64,000 nucleotides of DNA from Clostridia bacterium (lineage in GTDB: Bacteria > Bacillota > Clostridia > TANB77 > CAG-465). Numbering within the stretch: position 1 is the first letter of the stretch; each line of letters begins with the position of its first letter. The translations under genes were made by a program, and so were the position numbers. The notes below the pieces were generated by a model that saw nothing but the letters and a program-made list of their open reading frames with translations, did not search any database and was not told the DNA's origin. Location: assembly GCA_045536565.1 (NCBI GenBank), contig JAZSNU010000013.1, forward strand, positions 64,155 to 128,154. Reading direction: 5' to 3'. Of the stretch, positions 42,346 to 53,654 are shown one piece after another.

Positions 42346-45300
42346 TTACTTAGGATTAACTAACCAATAATGGTACATTCCTTTACATGCCTGGTCAAAA
42401 TCATACCACCCGGATTTTAATCCTGTATTAACAGTCGAAACATAAACCTCCACCTTAGAGCCATTTTGTCGTACATCCAACATAGCCATACAGTGCTGTT
42501 TCCAGCTCTTAAATGCCGGTGGTTTCAGACTATAAAACATAACTGCATTTCCACCTAACAAATGATCTAATATTATTTGCTTATCTTTAGATAAATTACT
42601 AACAGTCTCAATATCAGTATTGGTGTACTTTGCCACGAGTTGCCAAGTATTACTTAAATTCACACCATCTGTTGGCGTTATCTCTGGATGACCATAACCA
42701 GATACAACGGTAGCACTTGCAGTTACCCAACAGCCGGAATTTCCCATATAAGCAGAAATACATGATATATATTGACTTGCCCAAGGACCTTTATCTTGAA
42801 CATACTCTATATATGTTCTTCCACTACTTGAATGGAATACTCCTGAATATCCCTGAGATATATCTCCGTCCTCTGTAAAGGAATCACCCATTAAATATAA
42901 CCTTGAAGATTTATATGAATAAGTATTATATGTAACCGTGGCTTTATCTATTTCGTCATAATTATCAACTTGATTGCCAGATGCATCTTGTATAACATAA
43001 TATTGTAATGGGTCAACTACACTACCTTTATAATACATTTTATAATGTAAATATAATTCTGTATCATCAGCATGAGCACCTGTTTTACCAACTTTACCTA
43101 TTTTTTGTCCTTTTGTTACTGGGTCACCCTCATTAACTGATATTACTGATAAACAACCATAATGTGTTTTGAAATTACCATCTTCTGTCTTTATTTCAAT
43201 GTACGCATAACTGCTTTCATCTGAAACCTGTTTAATTTTATACACATTTCCTGAATGAGTTGCATATACATCAGTTCCAATAGTTAGCTCCTCATCACTA
43301 TCATACATTTTATTACTTCCGTTATATATGTCTATACCATCATGATTTCCAGAATATCCATAAGCACTTCCATACATTCTATAAATCTTAGCAGTATCAC
43401 CAGTAGTACTTAGTGGCCATCCAAAACCACCTTCTGGAAGATTTACTATTTGTAAATTACTAGAATTTAATGTTGCGCCTGTTTTTTGATACCATTGTTC
43501 TATTTGATAATATGCAAAATACATATCATCATATGAATATTTAGTAGTTCCCCCACCTATTACACCCGTACTTGTACTAGATGATGTTGTTCCAGATGTT
43601 GTGCTAGATGCTTCTATTTTTTCAATAGGATATTCTATTTCTCTTCCCGATAATTTTTCGTAAGCTGCTTTTGCACATGCAAGTCTAACATCATCTCGAG
43701 CAGCTGACGGCAAACATCTTTCCCAACCTTTTCTAAAAGCCAAGGTTGCTTCTTCTAGCGTTCCGGTTCTAAAAGTTTCATCATAACCAGGTGTCCATTG
43801 ATATTTAGCATGTGGTAGATATCTTGCATTCCAATCGGTTTCCATACATAAAAATTGTATTTGGATATCTAAATCTTCCCAACTTTTTCCTTGACTATTA
43901 GCAAATCTTTTTAAATCTACACTTCTATCATCCCATTGGCAAAGACCTATTGCTTGTCCTCCATCATATGCTTTTGTATAATACCCTGATTCTTGACCAA
44001 TATTTCCTAGTATTGCAGCTGCTTGAATCTCTGTATATCCCCACGATCTAAGGCCATCCCATATTCTTTCGATAGTCTCTTTATATGTTCCATTATATGC
44101 TTGGTCAAACTTATTTGTACCAAAACCTAATATACCACCGATACCACCAATATCAACCCCTAATGTATCTTGGTACCATTCTATTCTTGATATTTTCCTT
44201 CCTAAATCTTCCATTTGTTCTTCTGTATAATATGAAACCTTGTAATCATCCACTTCACTTGAAACAAGTTCTAATCTTTCATCCCAATATTCATTAACTG
44301 TTTGTTCTCCAATACCTCTACCCGTAATAGTAATATCTCCTTCATCAGTACTATTTGGTTGATTTCCTTCATTAATTGGAACAATATTATATTCTCTATC
44401 TATAACTTCGTAAAAACTTCCTGCGTATGTTAATTCGGGTTGTGTTGGTGCAGAAACTTCTTTCCTACTAACAGCTACTTGTTTTACCAATGGATCACCA
44501 CTTGAATCTGTTGCTATTACATATGGCTCATCTACTGCTGTTATTTCGTATGTTGTAACTGAGCCTGATTTTGTAGCTCTACTAGATAATGTTTTTACAC
44601 CAGTAGGATGATCCTTAGTATTAATCCCTGTCATGTGAGGTGGATATGTCGTTGTAGTAGTAGTACAATTTCCTTTATCATCACAACTTTCTACAACAAC
44701 TTCTTTATATTTATGACACATCATGTAATACTCGTATTTAGTTGTCTTTGCTAGTCTTTTTAATCTGAATAGTGACACTTCTACCGGATGATACATATTA
44801 TCCATAATACTATCAACAAAATCGTCATCTTGTGTATCAATATATATAGTATATGGTATTATCCATTTTTGCATATATGGTTCAATCATATCAACCATAG
44901 TTCTTGCTGCTTTGTTTTCACCACCTTGTGACTCAACATCAACATTATAACTTTTTAAACTAGGCATTTTTAACATTGTGTCTTTATTATTATCATCTTT
45001 AACTGTATAGTTTTTGTCATTAATTGTTTCACTAACTAAATAACCAGAACCGTCCGAAACCATCTTATTAGGATCATTTTTATACGCTGAATAGCTATTG
45101 AATTTCTGATATTCAGCATACGAATAGCCTACGCTTAAATCTGTTGTTTGCCACTTTACTCCATCATTAAAATTATCAATTTCTGCCATTAAGTATTTTT
45201 TAACATTATTTAAACTAACTGCAACATCTTTATCCTGCTGTTTTAAAGAATCATATGTTTCACCATCTTCTAATAATTCTTCTGTACCATCTGTTGCGCC

Positions 45301-46188
45301 AGTTAAATCATTAGGCATAAATACAGTTGTCAAATCGCTACCATAATTTTTCAAAATATTTTTATATGAAACAGACTTATATGTTCCATCATCATTTTTC
45401 TCTAATGTATATCCTTCATCAGCTAATTTTTTTGCAATATCCTCTGAAACATCTTTATCTTTTTTTAACAATTCATTAAATTCTGATTTAGTAAATAAAA
45501 TAAGTTTCTTTCCACCATTATTTTCTTCTCTTGCTCTTACCAATGTTGTAAGCTCAGATGTTGCTGTTTCACTAACTGAGTACATTGCCATAGCAGGAAC
45601 GATAAATAGTAGCATGATAATGGCTATAATAAGTAATAATGGTATAAGTTTCTTTTTCTTACTAAAATTTTTTACTCCTGTCGCCTCTTCTATTGCTGCA
45701 TCGGTTTTCTTATCAACTTTCTTCTTTAATTCATTTAGTTTATCTGCCGCTTCAATTGCAGCAGCTACTACAACACCAACACCCGTTGATGCAGCAGCAC
45801 CTTCTGCTGCTACTTTTGCACCTTCCTTAGCAGCTGCTTTTCCTGCTTGTTTTGCAACCTGCTTACCAGATTCCTTTCCTGCCTGCTTCGCTACTTCCTT
45901 GCTACCTTGTTTTGCTGTTTCTTTACCTACCTGTTTCGCACCTTCCTTGCTAGCTCGTTTGGTACCTTCTTTACTTCCTTTTTTTACAGCATTTTTCCCA
46001 GCATTTCCCACAGTGTTATTAGCAGATTTATTTCCATATTTTTCTTTTAATTTGTCATACTTTTCCTTATATTCTTTCGCTCTATCGTACTTATCTTTTA
46101 AACTTTCAGACTCGTATTCTTGACCACCATCTTCATACTCATAATCATCATATAACTCGTCATCTTCAAAATCATCCACTAATATCAC
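42346..46188 (-). CDS. VirB1-like multi-domain wall hydrolase (phage-tail lysozyme + M23 + C39-like)
   Basis: GYTEIQAAAILGNIGQESG..GLCQW; FGWP..HDGIDI..GQKIGKVGKTG; YVQDKGPW..SGCWVTASA..QHC. Confidence 0.85.
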   Translation of the reverse strand: MILVDDFEDDELYDDYEYEDGGQEYESESLKDKYDRAKEYKEKYDKLKEKYGNKSANNTVGNAGKNAVKKGSKEGTKRASKEGAKQVGKETAKQGSKEVAKQAGKESGKQVAKQAGKAAAKEGAKVAAEGAAASTGVGVVVAAAIEAADKLNELKKKVDKKTDAAIEEATGVKNFSKKKKLIPLLLIIAIIMLLFIVPAMAMYSVSETATSELTTLVRAREENNGGKKLILFTKSEFNELLKKDKDVSEDIAKKLADEGYTLEKNDDGTYKSVSYKNILKNYGSDLTTVFMPNDLTGATDGTEELLEDGETYDSLKQQDKDVAVSLNNVKKYLMAEIDNFNDGVKWQTTDLSVGYSYAEYQKFNSYSAYKNDPNKMVSDGSGYLVSETINDKNYTVKDDNNKDTMLKMPSLKSYNVDVESQGGENKAARTMVDMIEPYMQKWIIPYTIYIDTQDDDFVDSIMDNMYHPVEVSLFRLKRLAKTTKYEYYMMCHKYKEVVVESCDDKGNCTTTTTTYPPHMTGINTKDHPTGVKTLSSRATKSGSVTTYEITAVDEPYVIATDSSGDPLVKQVAVSRKEVSAPTQPELTYAGSFYEVIDREYNIVPINEGNQPNSTDEGDITITGRGIGEQTVNEYWDERLELVSSEVDDYKVSYYTEEQMEDLGRKISRIEWYQDTLGVDIGGIGGILGFGTNKFDQAYNGTYKETIERIWDGLRSWGYTEIQAAAILGNIGQESGYYTKAYDGGQAIGLCQWDDRSVDLKRFANSQGKSWEDLDIQIQFLCMETDWNARYLPHAKYQWTPGYDETFRTGTLEEATLAFRKGWERCLPSAARDDVRLACAKAAYEKLSGREIEYPIEKIEASSTTSGTTSSSTSTGVIGGGTTKYSYDDMYFAYYQIEQWYQKTGATLNSSNLQIVNLPEGGFGWPLSTTGDTAKIYRMYGSAYGYSGNHDGIDIYNGSNKMYDSDEELTIGTDVYATHSGNVYKIKQVSDESSYAYIEIKTEDGNFKTHYGCLSVISVNEGDPVTKGQKIGKVGKTGAHADDTELYLHYKMYYKGSVVDPLQYYVIQDASGNQVDNYDEIDKATVTYNTYSYKSSRLYLMGDSFTEDGDISQGYSGVFHSSSGRTYIEYVQDKGPWASQYISCISAYMGNSGCWVTASATVVSGYGHPEITPTDGVNLSNTWQLVAKYTNTDIETVSNLSKDKQIILDHLLGGNAVMFYSLKPPAFKSWKQHCMAMLDVRQNGSKVEVYVSTVNTGLKSGWYDFDQACKGMYHYWLVNPK

Positions 46189-46217
46189 CTCCTGCTATGC
46201 TGGTTAATATAATTATT

Positions 46218-47090
46218 TTAAATATCTAAATTAACATCATTAACAATTCCTGTCTTTGACATTACAACATCTTTTATTTTTATTGATTTAATAGTATCAA
46301 TTGACATATCATCTATGCTAAAGCTTAATTCCATATTTATTGTTTTATTTCTTGGTAGTTCAACAACTTGTCCTGCATATAAATGAGTTGCTGTACCTAT
46401 CTCGATGCCACTATTATTTACTAAACATATAAATTCATATGCTTCATTATTGTTTAAATAAACTGTATCATTTGAATTATTTGTTATGCTAATTTTAACA
46501 TTATATAATGTATCAAACGCAACTTGTTCACTTACAGTTATCTGTAAATCTTCTCTTACATATTTTATTGGTTCTTTTTTATAGAAAACAAATTTATCAA
46601 ACGCTATTTTATAATCATTTGGAGAATATTCAATAATATTTATTGTACCATCAACATAATTGTTATTTTTTGTATTTAGCGATAGTCTAAAATATCTATT
46701 ATTTTCAACAGTTGATGTGTTATATTTATTACTTGTTAGTACAAGTCCATAAAATCCTTTATTTTCCAAATCTTTTCTTAATGCTTCTTTGTCCATGTTA
46801 AAATATTCTAAATATTCAGGACTAGTAATTTCATAAATTTTATCGATATTTTTTGTACTTATATAATTAATTATATCCTCAGAATATTTTGCAACTTGTT
46901 CATCTACACTATATTGTATATTCTCGTAAGAACCTATTGAATCACTTACCATTTGTTTTTCTTGTTCTACCTCTTCTTTATCCTCAGGTGTCCAAATGCC
47001 AATAAGTGCTATTATTGAAATTACAATTACACAAATAGCACCTAAAACACATAATATCAATATCTTAGTTTCTTTTCTTTCATCTTCCAT
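46218..47090 (-). CDS. Membrane-anchored NTF2/VirB8-like protein
   Basis: N-terminal TM; NIDKIYEITSPEY; probable Ig-like C-terminal part. Confidence 0.5.
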   Translation of the reverse strand: MEDERKETKILILCVLGAICVIVISIIALIGIWTPEDKEEVEQEKQMVSDSIGSYENIQYSVDEQVAKYSEDIINYISTKNIDKIYEITSPEYLEYFNMDKEALRKDLENKGFYGLVLTSNKYNTSTVENNRYFRLSLNTKNNNYVDGTINIIEYSPNDYKIAFDKFVFYKKEPIKYVREDLQITVSEQVAFDTLYNVKISITNNSNDTVYLNNNEAYEFICLVNNSGIEIGTATHLYAGQVVELPRNKTINMELSFSIDDMSIDTIKSIKIKDVVMSKTGIVNDVNLDI

Positions 47091-47108
47091 ATCTTATTCC
47101 TACCTCTA

Positions 47109-47666
47109 TTATTCAAAATCTATATAGATAACTGTATATGTTTTATTCATTATATCTAGTTCTATACCTATTTTCACATTTGAATCATTAATAGTATTAC
47201 ATTCACACAAATATGTTAAATTAGATATACTATATACTCTATTTAAACAATAATCAATGTCATATGAAGATTCATCTCCTACAAAATTATCATTTGTAAA
47301 TTTTTCTATATTGCTTATATATTCTTTCTTTGAATACTTTGATTTTAATTCTTCTGATAGTATATTATATGTTTTTGAATATTCTTCATCTATTAAGGCT
47401 TGTACATAATTTTTTATAGCTGATTCAATAGTATAATATGTAGAATAATCTCTAACAATCTTTGTAGAATCTATGTCACTTTCTCCTGTTTCTTCAGAAT
47501 ATATAGTTATATACTTATCTATATTATCAATATCAAGTTTTTCTTCTTTTTCATCTTTAAATAGCCCAAATACAGAAGATAATATACAATATATAACTGC
47601 TATTCCAAATACTGCTATTATAAAAAATTTCATACCTATATCAAGTTTATCTAAAATATTTTTCAA
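47109..47666 (-). CDS. Membrane-anchored NTF2/VirB8-like protein
   Basis: N-terminal TM; YVQALIDEEYSKTYNILSEELK. Confidence 0.5.
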   Translation of the reverse strand: MKNILDKLDIGMKFFIIAVFGIAVIYCILSSVFGLFKDEKEEKLDIDNIDKYITIYSEETGESDIDSTKIVRDYSTYYTIESAIKNYVQALIDEEYSKTYNILSEELKSKYSKKEYISNIEKFTNDNFVGDESSYDIDYCLNRVYSISNLTYLCECNTINDSNVKIGIELDIMNKTYTVIYIDFE

Positions 47667-47680
47667 CTAAATATTCCTCC

Positions 47681-48811
47681 TTAGATATCGTCTACATTAC
47701 TTACATTTGTTCCTTTATATTCAATACCATTTTTTCTTATATTTCTTGAATATGATCTACCTGCTCTGCTATCAGCTGAAAAAGCCCCAGCTCCTTCTTT
47801 CCAAGTATCTCCCATAACTTTACCTAATTGTCTTAATTTTGATGAAGGTATTTCCATATCAAGTTCAAATTTAGTATCCAAAGCTGCATCTACAGCAGAT
47901 TTTATTTGTTTTTTAAAGTTAGCATCATCTAATGTTAATCTAACTTTTTCATCAAATCCAGCATCTCCTTTTTTTAATCCATATCTTCTACCAACTTCTT
48001 CTTCTGCCATTTTTTGAGGTAATTCTTCTATATGTTGTTGTTGTTGTCTAGCTGCTTTTCCATATACTGTATTCTTTAATGCAGGATTTGCAACCGAATC
48101 AAGTACTTTATCTGTCATATTAGCAACTATCGCTGCTTCAGCAATAGTATCAGTTGCACCAATTCCAAAAGCACCTGCTGCTATAGAACTTCCAAACGTA
48201 GATCCAGTCTGCACTGCAGAATGCTTAATATCTGTCGTTAACTTTCTACCCTTTTCTTGTTTTGTAGCTACATCCTTATGTGCTTCTTCTGCTGCTTGTC
48301 TAGCCTCTTTTAGTTTTTCCATATATTGTTTTCTATTCATATGTGAACCACTTGGTCCCGCTTTAACAAGATCATCGTAAGTTTTTTGCTTTGACGCAGC
48401 TTTTTCCTTGGCATCAGTTATTTCTTTATTATTTCTTACCTTATCTCCTACAAGTTTCGCTGTACGTTTTGCAGGCTCAACAGTACGTGCAGCCATATTT
48501 CCAGCAGATTTTATACCTGCCATCCCTTTAGCAAAGTTCTCACCAATATTACCCATGAATTTAGAATCTTTAATACCAAATATGCCCTTTATCATCTTTT
48601 CCATTTTAATAAGAGCCAGCATTGCTACCATACTAATAATTGCTAACATACCATCGTTAATTGACCATTTGTCTAACGAATCACTTATTGATACATGTCT
48701 TACTATTTCCATAATAAAGACTAGAAAAATTGCATGAAACGACTGCATAAAAATTAAAATCCCTATATTTTTAAACCATTCCTCAAATATTCCTCCGTTT
48801 TTTCCTCCCAT
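47681..48811 (-). CDS. VirB6-like C-terminal moiety with soluble tail
   Basis: FEEWFKN..IFMQSFHAIFL typical of the VirB6/TrbL distal TM region; own AGGAGG RBS. Confidence 0.6.
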   Translation of the reverse strand: MGGKNGGIFEEWFKNIGILIFMQSFHAIFLVFIMEIVRHVSISDSLDKWSINDGMLAIISMVAMLALIKMEKMIKGIFGIKDSKFMGNIGENFAKGMAGIKSAGNMAARTVEPAKRTAKLVGDKVRNNKEITDAKEKAASKQKTYDDLVKAGPSGSHMNRKQYMEKLKEARQAAEEAHKDVATKQEKGRKLTTDIKHSAVQTGSTFGSSIAAGAFGIGATDTIAEAAIVANMTDKVLDSVANPALKNTVYGKAARQQQQHIEELPQKMAEEEVGRRYGLKKGDAGFDEKVRLTLDDANFKKQIKSAVDAALDTKFELDMEIPSSKLRQLGKVMGDTWKEGAGAFSADSRAGRSYSRNIRKNGIEYKGTNVSNVDDI

Positions 48812-48827
48812 ACTAGCAACACACCTC

Positions 48828-49794
48828 CTATTTTAACGATTTTTGTATTACATCAATTGCTACAACAACTGGTGCCATTATTCCTAAGACTATACACATA
48901 AATGTTCTTTTTAAATATGTTATTACCAATCCAAATGTTTGCCCTATTATAATAAGAAAAGTAATTGATGCTATTAGATCTCCCCCTATGATCCCTAGGC
49001 AAAAGAATCTCATTATAATACCACCATATCCATATAAGGTAATATCCGTTATTGATTCCTTAGCCCCGAAAAAACCAGCAACTGAGTTTATAACACCGGA
49101 TACCGCTTTACCAATTGTAGAGCCTAACATCGGAAATGATGCCAACAAATCTATCTTTACTTCAATGCCATCAGCTAACACAGAAACCGATTCAACTATC
49201 TTTTCGTTCAAATAAAACATTCCGGCTAACAAATAATGAACCAAGAACAGCATTACTATTCCAACTATCCATGTATTTAACGCTTTTTTGTATTGTGCTT
49301 TTTCTGCCGCAATTGAAGAAAAAACCAATTTTATACCTATGACTAATGCTGCAATTGTAAAGATAGTGGTTGCAAGAACAAAAAATGATGAATACGTATT
49401 TGCAAATAGCCCATGTGTAATATCGTTATGTCCCAAAGAACCAACAGCGGGATTTATGAAATTAGGATCGAGTATTGCTATCTTATTGAAAATAATTTGA
49501 TCTGGAAATGGAAATGCACCATTTTCTCCTACACCTGCACCGTAAAAAAAGTAAATATAATATAACAAATAATAACAATCCAAACACATTTACCAATGGT
49601 GCAATAACTGCCCCCAAAATTCCTGTTCCAACTTTTCCTATTACAAATCCAATAAAATCAGCTAATGGACCATTTTGATTTGCATGAACATTTAAAGCTG
49701 CATAACTGATATTGCTACTAATCATAAATGTTAATAATACTACCCCAATTATGTATAATTTGCTTTTTATATTCCCATTTTTAAAAAACTTCAT
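48828..49794 (-). pseudogene. VirB6-like N-terminal moiety, frameshifted at T7 run (49544-49550)
   Basis: ORFs 49483-49794 and 48828-49589 join if one T is removed; GIKLVFSSIAAEKAQYKKAL..YLKRTF..MAPVV. Confidence 0.7.
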
Positions 49795-49829
49795 TTTATC
49801 ACCCTAATTTTCTATGTCTATTTTTTATT

Positions 49830-51812
49830 CTATTTCCTTTGTTCAATTAATTTAGATAAGTTAGTTTCAACAAATTCAAATTCTTTTTGTGTAGGATGTA
49901 TTCCAATTATTGCAGACTCTTGTCCAATCTTAATTAATCCTTCACCTCTTGAACATGTTAATAAGAAATCTGTTTCACCTTCACTTAGTTTAAATACTTC
50001 TTTTAAGTATTCTATTTCTGATTTATCTTGTGCTAAGAATAGTTTTACTTCTGATGAAGTAAGAACTGCTTGTGCTTCTTTTTTCTCATAGAAATCTTGG
50101 AATTTCTGAGAAACAACTGCAAGAGATACATTTCTTTTTCTCGCTCTTCTTGCCATTGTATTTAAGAATTGAACAGCTTCTGGATAATCTAAAAGCATCC
50201 ATGCCTCATCAACAAGAACTCTTTTCTTTCTAGCTATTTGTTTGTTCTCACTATTCTTTTTAACATATTTTTCCCAAACCCAAGAAAGTAATATTTGTTG
50301 TGCAAGTGGTCTTGCAAATTTTTCTTCAAGTTCAGATAAGTTTATATTAACGAATTTATTTCCATCCATTAATTCAAATGTAGATTGGCCATCAAAATAT
50401 GACATTTGACCATCAAATTTTTTACAATATTGTTTCATAACTTTTAACAGATAATTGTAGTGATATGCATATGTATCAGTGTTATTTTCTTTTGCTTTTT
50501 CTTCAAGTATTTCATACCATTCGCTTATTGTAGGCATTAATTTTTTAGTTTTTCCTACAAAGTTTGTTTCATTTTCATCTGCACCTTCTTCATATAACGA
50601 AGATATATCACTTTTTATACCTTTTCTTGCATAACACTCTGCAACTATCTCAGCTATTATTTGTTTTGTAAGCTCATTAACTTCTGTACTTCTTGTTGCT
50701 CCACGAGCCATTGTAAGTAATGCTTGTGTTACGTCTTCAACCTTATTTTCAATATTAAGTACTAATTTTTCTCTTCCTGTTATTTCATCTTTTACAGTTT
50801 CAGACTCTAAATCAAATATGTTTATAATTGTATTACTGTTAGGACTTACAACTATATTTATTCCATCTAATGCTTCTGCAACTACAACATATTCACCTTC
50901 TGCGTCTATTACTAAACTTTCAACATTCATAAGAACAGCAGATCTTGCCATTATTGTTTTTATAGTAACAGATTTACCAGATCCAGATTTACCAAATATA
51001 ATCATGTTATAGTTAGTAAGTGATGGATGGAAGTTATCAAACAACAACGGTAATCCTGTTTGTTTGTTTATTCCGATAGGAACGCCAACATCATGTCCAA
51101 TATCAGAAGAAACAAATGGGAATACTGTTGACATTGATCCCCTATCAAAAGTGTGTTTTCTACTTAATTTGTTTTTATTAAGTGGTAAGTTTGTTTGGAA
51201 TGCCTCTTCTTGCATAGCCCAAACTGCTTTTACACCTATCATATTTTTAGACGCTTCCATTGCAAGTAATTCAGATGCCTTATCTAGTTCTGCTTTGCTA
51301 TATGCAAATAGTGTTGCTACTATTGTAGCTTCAAATAGTTTATTATATCCAGCAGCTATTTCATCTCTTAGAGCCTCTGCTTCTGCTTGTTTTGTTGCTA
51401 AGACTGATGCTCTGTTTATATCGCCTCTATCTTGTGCAACATATCTTTCAGATTGAAGTTCAACTATTGTTTTATTTAAATCTTTTTGAGATATTGGCTC
51501 TGGTATTGGATTAATAAATACAGATGTATTTACATCACCAAACTCATATATTCCTGATAAAAAATATGGGAAGGTAGCTTGTCTTGGCATTGTTGTAACA
51601 TAAAATGTTCTAACAAACCTAGATACCTTAGAAAATATTTCTAAGTAATCATAATGTGTTGCATCAATACCAGAAGGAGCCATTAGATCTTTAAGATTAG
51701 ATTTATTAATTTCAAACACAGTAGAAGAATCGTCAACTGTTGTTATAAGATTCTCTTGTTCTGTATTTTGTTCATTGGTAATTTCTTTTTTATTCTTTTT
51801 CATATCAATCAT
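49830..51812 (-). CDS. virB4: VirB4-like type IV secretion ATPase
   Basis: NYNMIIFGKSGSGKS, IDAEGEY, LVDEAW, RRARKRN, GEGL. Confidence 0.92.
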   Translation of the reverse strand: MIDMKKNKKEITNEQNTEQENLITTVDDSSTVFEINKSNLKDLMAPSGIDATHYDYLEIFSKVSRFVRTFYVTTMPRQATFPYFLSGIYEFGDVNTSVFINPIPEPISQKDLNKTIVELQSERYVAQDRGDINRASVLATKQAEAEALRDEIAAGYNKLFEATIVATLFAYSKAELDKASELLAMEASKNMIGVKAVWAMQEEAFQTNLPLNKNKLSRKHTFDRGSMSTVFPFVSSDIGHDVGVPIGINKQTGLPLLFDNFHPSLTNYNMIIFGKSGSGKSVTIKTIMARSAVLMNVESLVIDAEGEYVVVAEALDGINIVVSPNSNTIINIFDLESETVKDEITGREKLVLNIENKVEDVTQALLTMARGATRSTEVNELTKQIIAEIVAECYARKGIKSDISSLYEEGADENETNFVGKTKKLMPTISEWYEILEEKAKENNTDTYAYHYNYLLKVMKQYCKKFDGQMSYFDGQSTFELMDGNKFVNINLSELEEKFARPLAQQILLSWVWEKYVKKNSENKQIARKKRVLVDEAWMLLDYPEAVQFLNTMARRARKRNVSLAVVSQKFQDFYEKKEAQAVLTSSEVKLFLAQDKSEIEYLKEVFKLSEGETDFLLTCSRGEGLIKIGQESAIIGIHPTQKEFEFVETNLSKLIEQRK

Positions 51813-51823
51813 TTCCTCCTTCG

Positions 51824-53170
51824 TTAAACAATGCTCTCGTCTACTGTTTCTTCAGTAGACTCGTTTTTATTATCTTCCGTAACAACTGTTTCCTCTGTGT
51901 CAGTGTCTTCTACTATACTGTCATTTTCTTTTGATTTGCTTTTATTTTCTTTTGCTATCTCTTTTACTTTTTTTACAGTTGCTCTTGCTTGTTTTCTCTT
52001 TTCTGCCTCTATAACATGTCTTCCGGCAATTATATCGCCTAAAACTTGTCTTTCTTCTTCTGACATATCAGCAGTATTAATTATATTTAATGCTTCTCTA
52101 TCTGCTCTTTCTTCAAACTCTTCGATAAGTTCATCTTCTGATAAACCTTCTTGCATTCTCATGTTTTGAACTAATGCATCTTTTACTCTTTCAAAGGCAG
52201 CTTCTTCAATTTGTTTTTGCATTAGCTCTTCTTTTTTAGCAAACACATCCTTAGATGTAGAATATAGTCTATAGAAACCTGATTCTAATGCTGTTCTTAT
52301 ATCAAGTAACTTTTCATCATCTCTGTTATATGAGATATATAACAACTCTGCAAGTTCGTTAGATGTTAAAATTTTACCTTGTACTGAGCAAGATGATAAA
52401 GCACCTATTAGAGATTGTGCTCTTGTTGCAAGTTCTCTATAACAAATGTCATATATTTCATCCTTAGTAAATTCAGATGTTGTTGTAACCTCTGATTTAT
52501 GATAAGAAAGTACAACATAGAATTTTCTTTGTAATATATGTTTGTTTAAGCTTATTCTTTCAACATATTTAGTTATATCTTGTGCATAATCAAGTATATG
52601 AGCTTTTTTCTCTCTTTCCATTTTTGCTTCTCTTATTTTTGTATAGTTAGCATCTAAACTATTTGCTAGTTTACTATACTCATCATCTGCTGATTTATAT
52701 TGTTCTTGAAGAACATCTAAACTTTCTTTATATATATTCATACTTTGTTTTAAGTCAATCGCTCTTGCTTGAACATACAATTGAATTGGATATTTTAAAG
52801 TATTTAAGAATGTTATAAATCCCTCTTCAACTGCCATTTGTTCAACTTCTGACATAAGATCATAATTTATACCTTTACATTGGATAACCATTGTAAATTT
52901 ATTTCCTTTTTCTTGCAGAATCATATTATCTGCTATTTTATCAAATTCCATGAAATTAAATATATCTTTTCTTGCTATTCCTTTATCATTTTTCTCTTTA
53001 ACTGTTTTTGCACTTTCAACAGAAGGTGTTGCACTTTTTGGTGTAGTAGTTACTTGTTTAGCAACTGTTCCTCCATTTTGTGTATTATTATCTTTTTTAC
53101 CAAATAAAAATATTGCAAATATAGCTACAAATATACCTGCTGATATTAAAATTATAGTTACTGAATTCAT
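51824..53170 (-). CDS. VirB4-associated (TrsD-like) T4SS protein
   Basis: N-terminal TM; INYDLMSEVEQ..FLNTLKYPIQLYVQAR..RKFYVVLSY..ELAELLY. Confidence 0.7.
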   Translation of the reverse strand: MNSVTIILISAGIFVAIFAIFLFGKKDNNTQNGGTVAKQVTTTPKSATPSVESAKTVKEKNDKGIARKDIFNFMEFDKIADNMILQEKGNKFTMVIQCKGINYDLMSEVEQMAVEEGFITFLNTLKYPIQLYVQARAIDLKQSMNIYKESLDVLQEQYKSADDEYSKLANSLDANYTKIREAKMEREKKAHILDYAQDITKYVERISLNKHILQRKFYVVLSYHKSEVTTTSEFTKDEIYDICYRELATRAQSLIGALSSCSVQGKILTSNELAELLYISYNRDDEKLLDIRTALESGFYRLYSTSKDVFAKKEELMQKQIEEAAFERVKDALVQNMRMQEGLSEDELIEEFEERADREALNIINTADMSEEERQVLGDIIAGRHVIEAEKRKQARATVKKVKEIAKENKSKSKENDSIVEDTDTEETVVTEDNKNESTEETVDESIV

Positions 53171-53514
53171 CTTTTGTTTCCTCCTTCTCTATATAAATAG
53201 ATTTTCTTTTTTCCTTTAAACATAATAGTTCTAATTAATATATCTGATATTGGTTCTCCACCTGCTTTTCTAAGATTACCTACCATTGGTGAATCAGGTA
53301 TAGATAATGCTCCAATACAAAATCCTATAACAGCAAATATGCCAGTTACAATTAAAGTTACCGAGCCACCTAACCCTATCATTGATAATACATATCCTAT
53401 CAAAAGGCCTACCAAACCGAATCCTATCGTAAACAATAAAGATTTTACTGAAAACACATATAATATTCTAGATTCTCCCTTTACGCTTCTAGGAACGCTA
53501 TATGTTCGTCCCAT
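53167..53514 (-). CDS. PrgI/VirB3-like membrane protein
   Basis: YSVPRSVKGESRIL followed by 2 TMs, upstream of the VirB4 module. Confidence 0.7.
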   Translation of the reverse strand: MGRTYSVPRSVKGESRILYVFSVKSLLFTIGFGLVGLLIGYVLSMIGLGGSVTLIVTGIFAVIGFCIGALSIPDSPMVGNLRKAGGEPISDILIRTIMFKGKKKIYLYREGGNKR

Positions 53515-53654
53515 AAAACAACCTCCTTCATTAGTACAATAACTCTCTGTATACTTTATCACATCTAGGTATTTTTATCAACTTATATAGCATTTTTTTT
53601 AGCAAAAAAAATAAATGTTACAAAAAAATAATTTTCTTGTAACATTATATAAAT

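Noticed and set aside
45614-46123. Long antisense ORFs (also 12115-12408, 39213-39665, 61218-61715 and similar)
   Set aside because: Shadows of real opposite-strand genes; no RBS or recognisable motifs.
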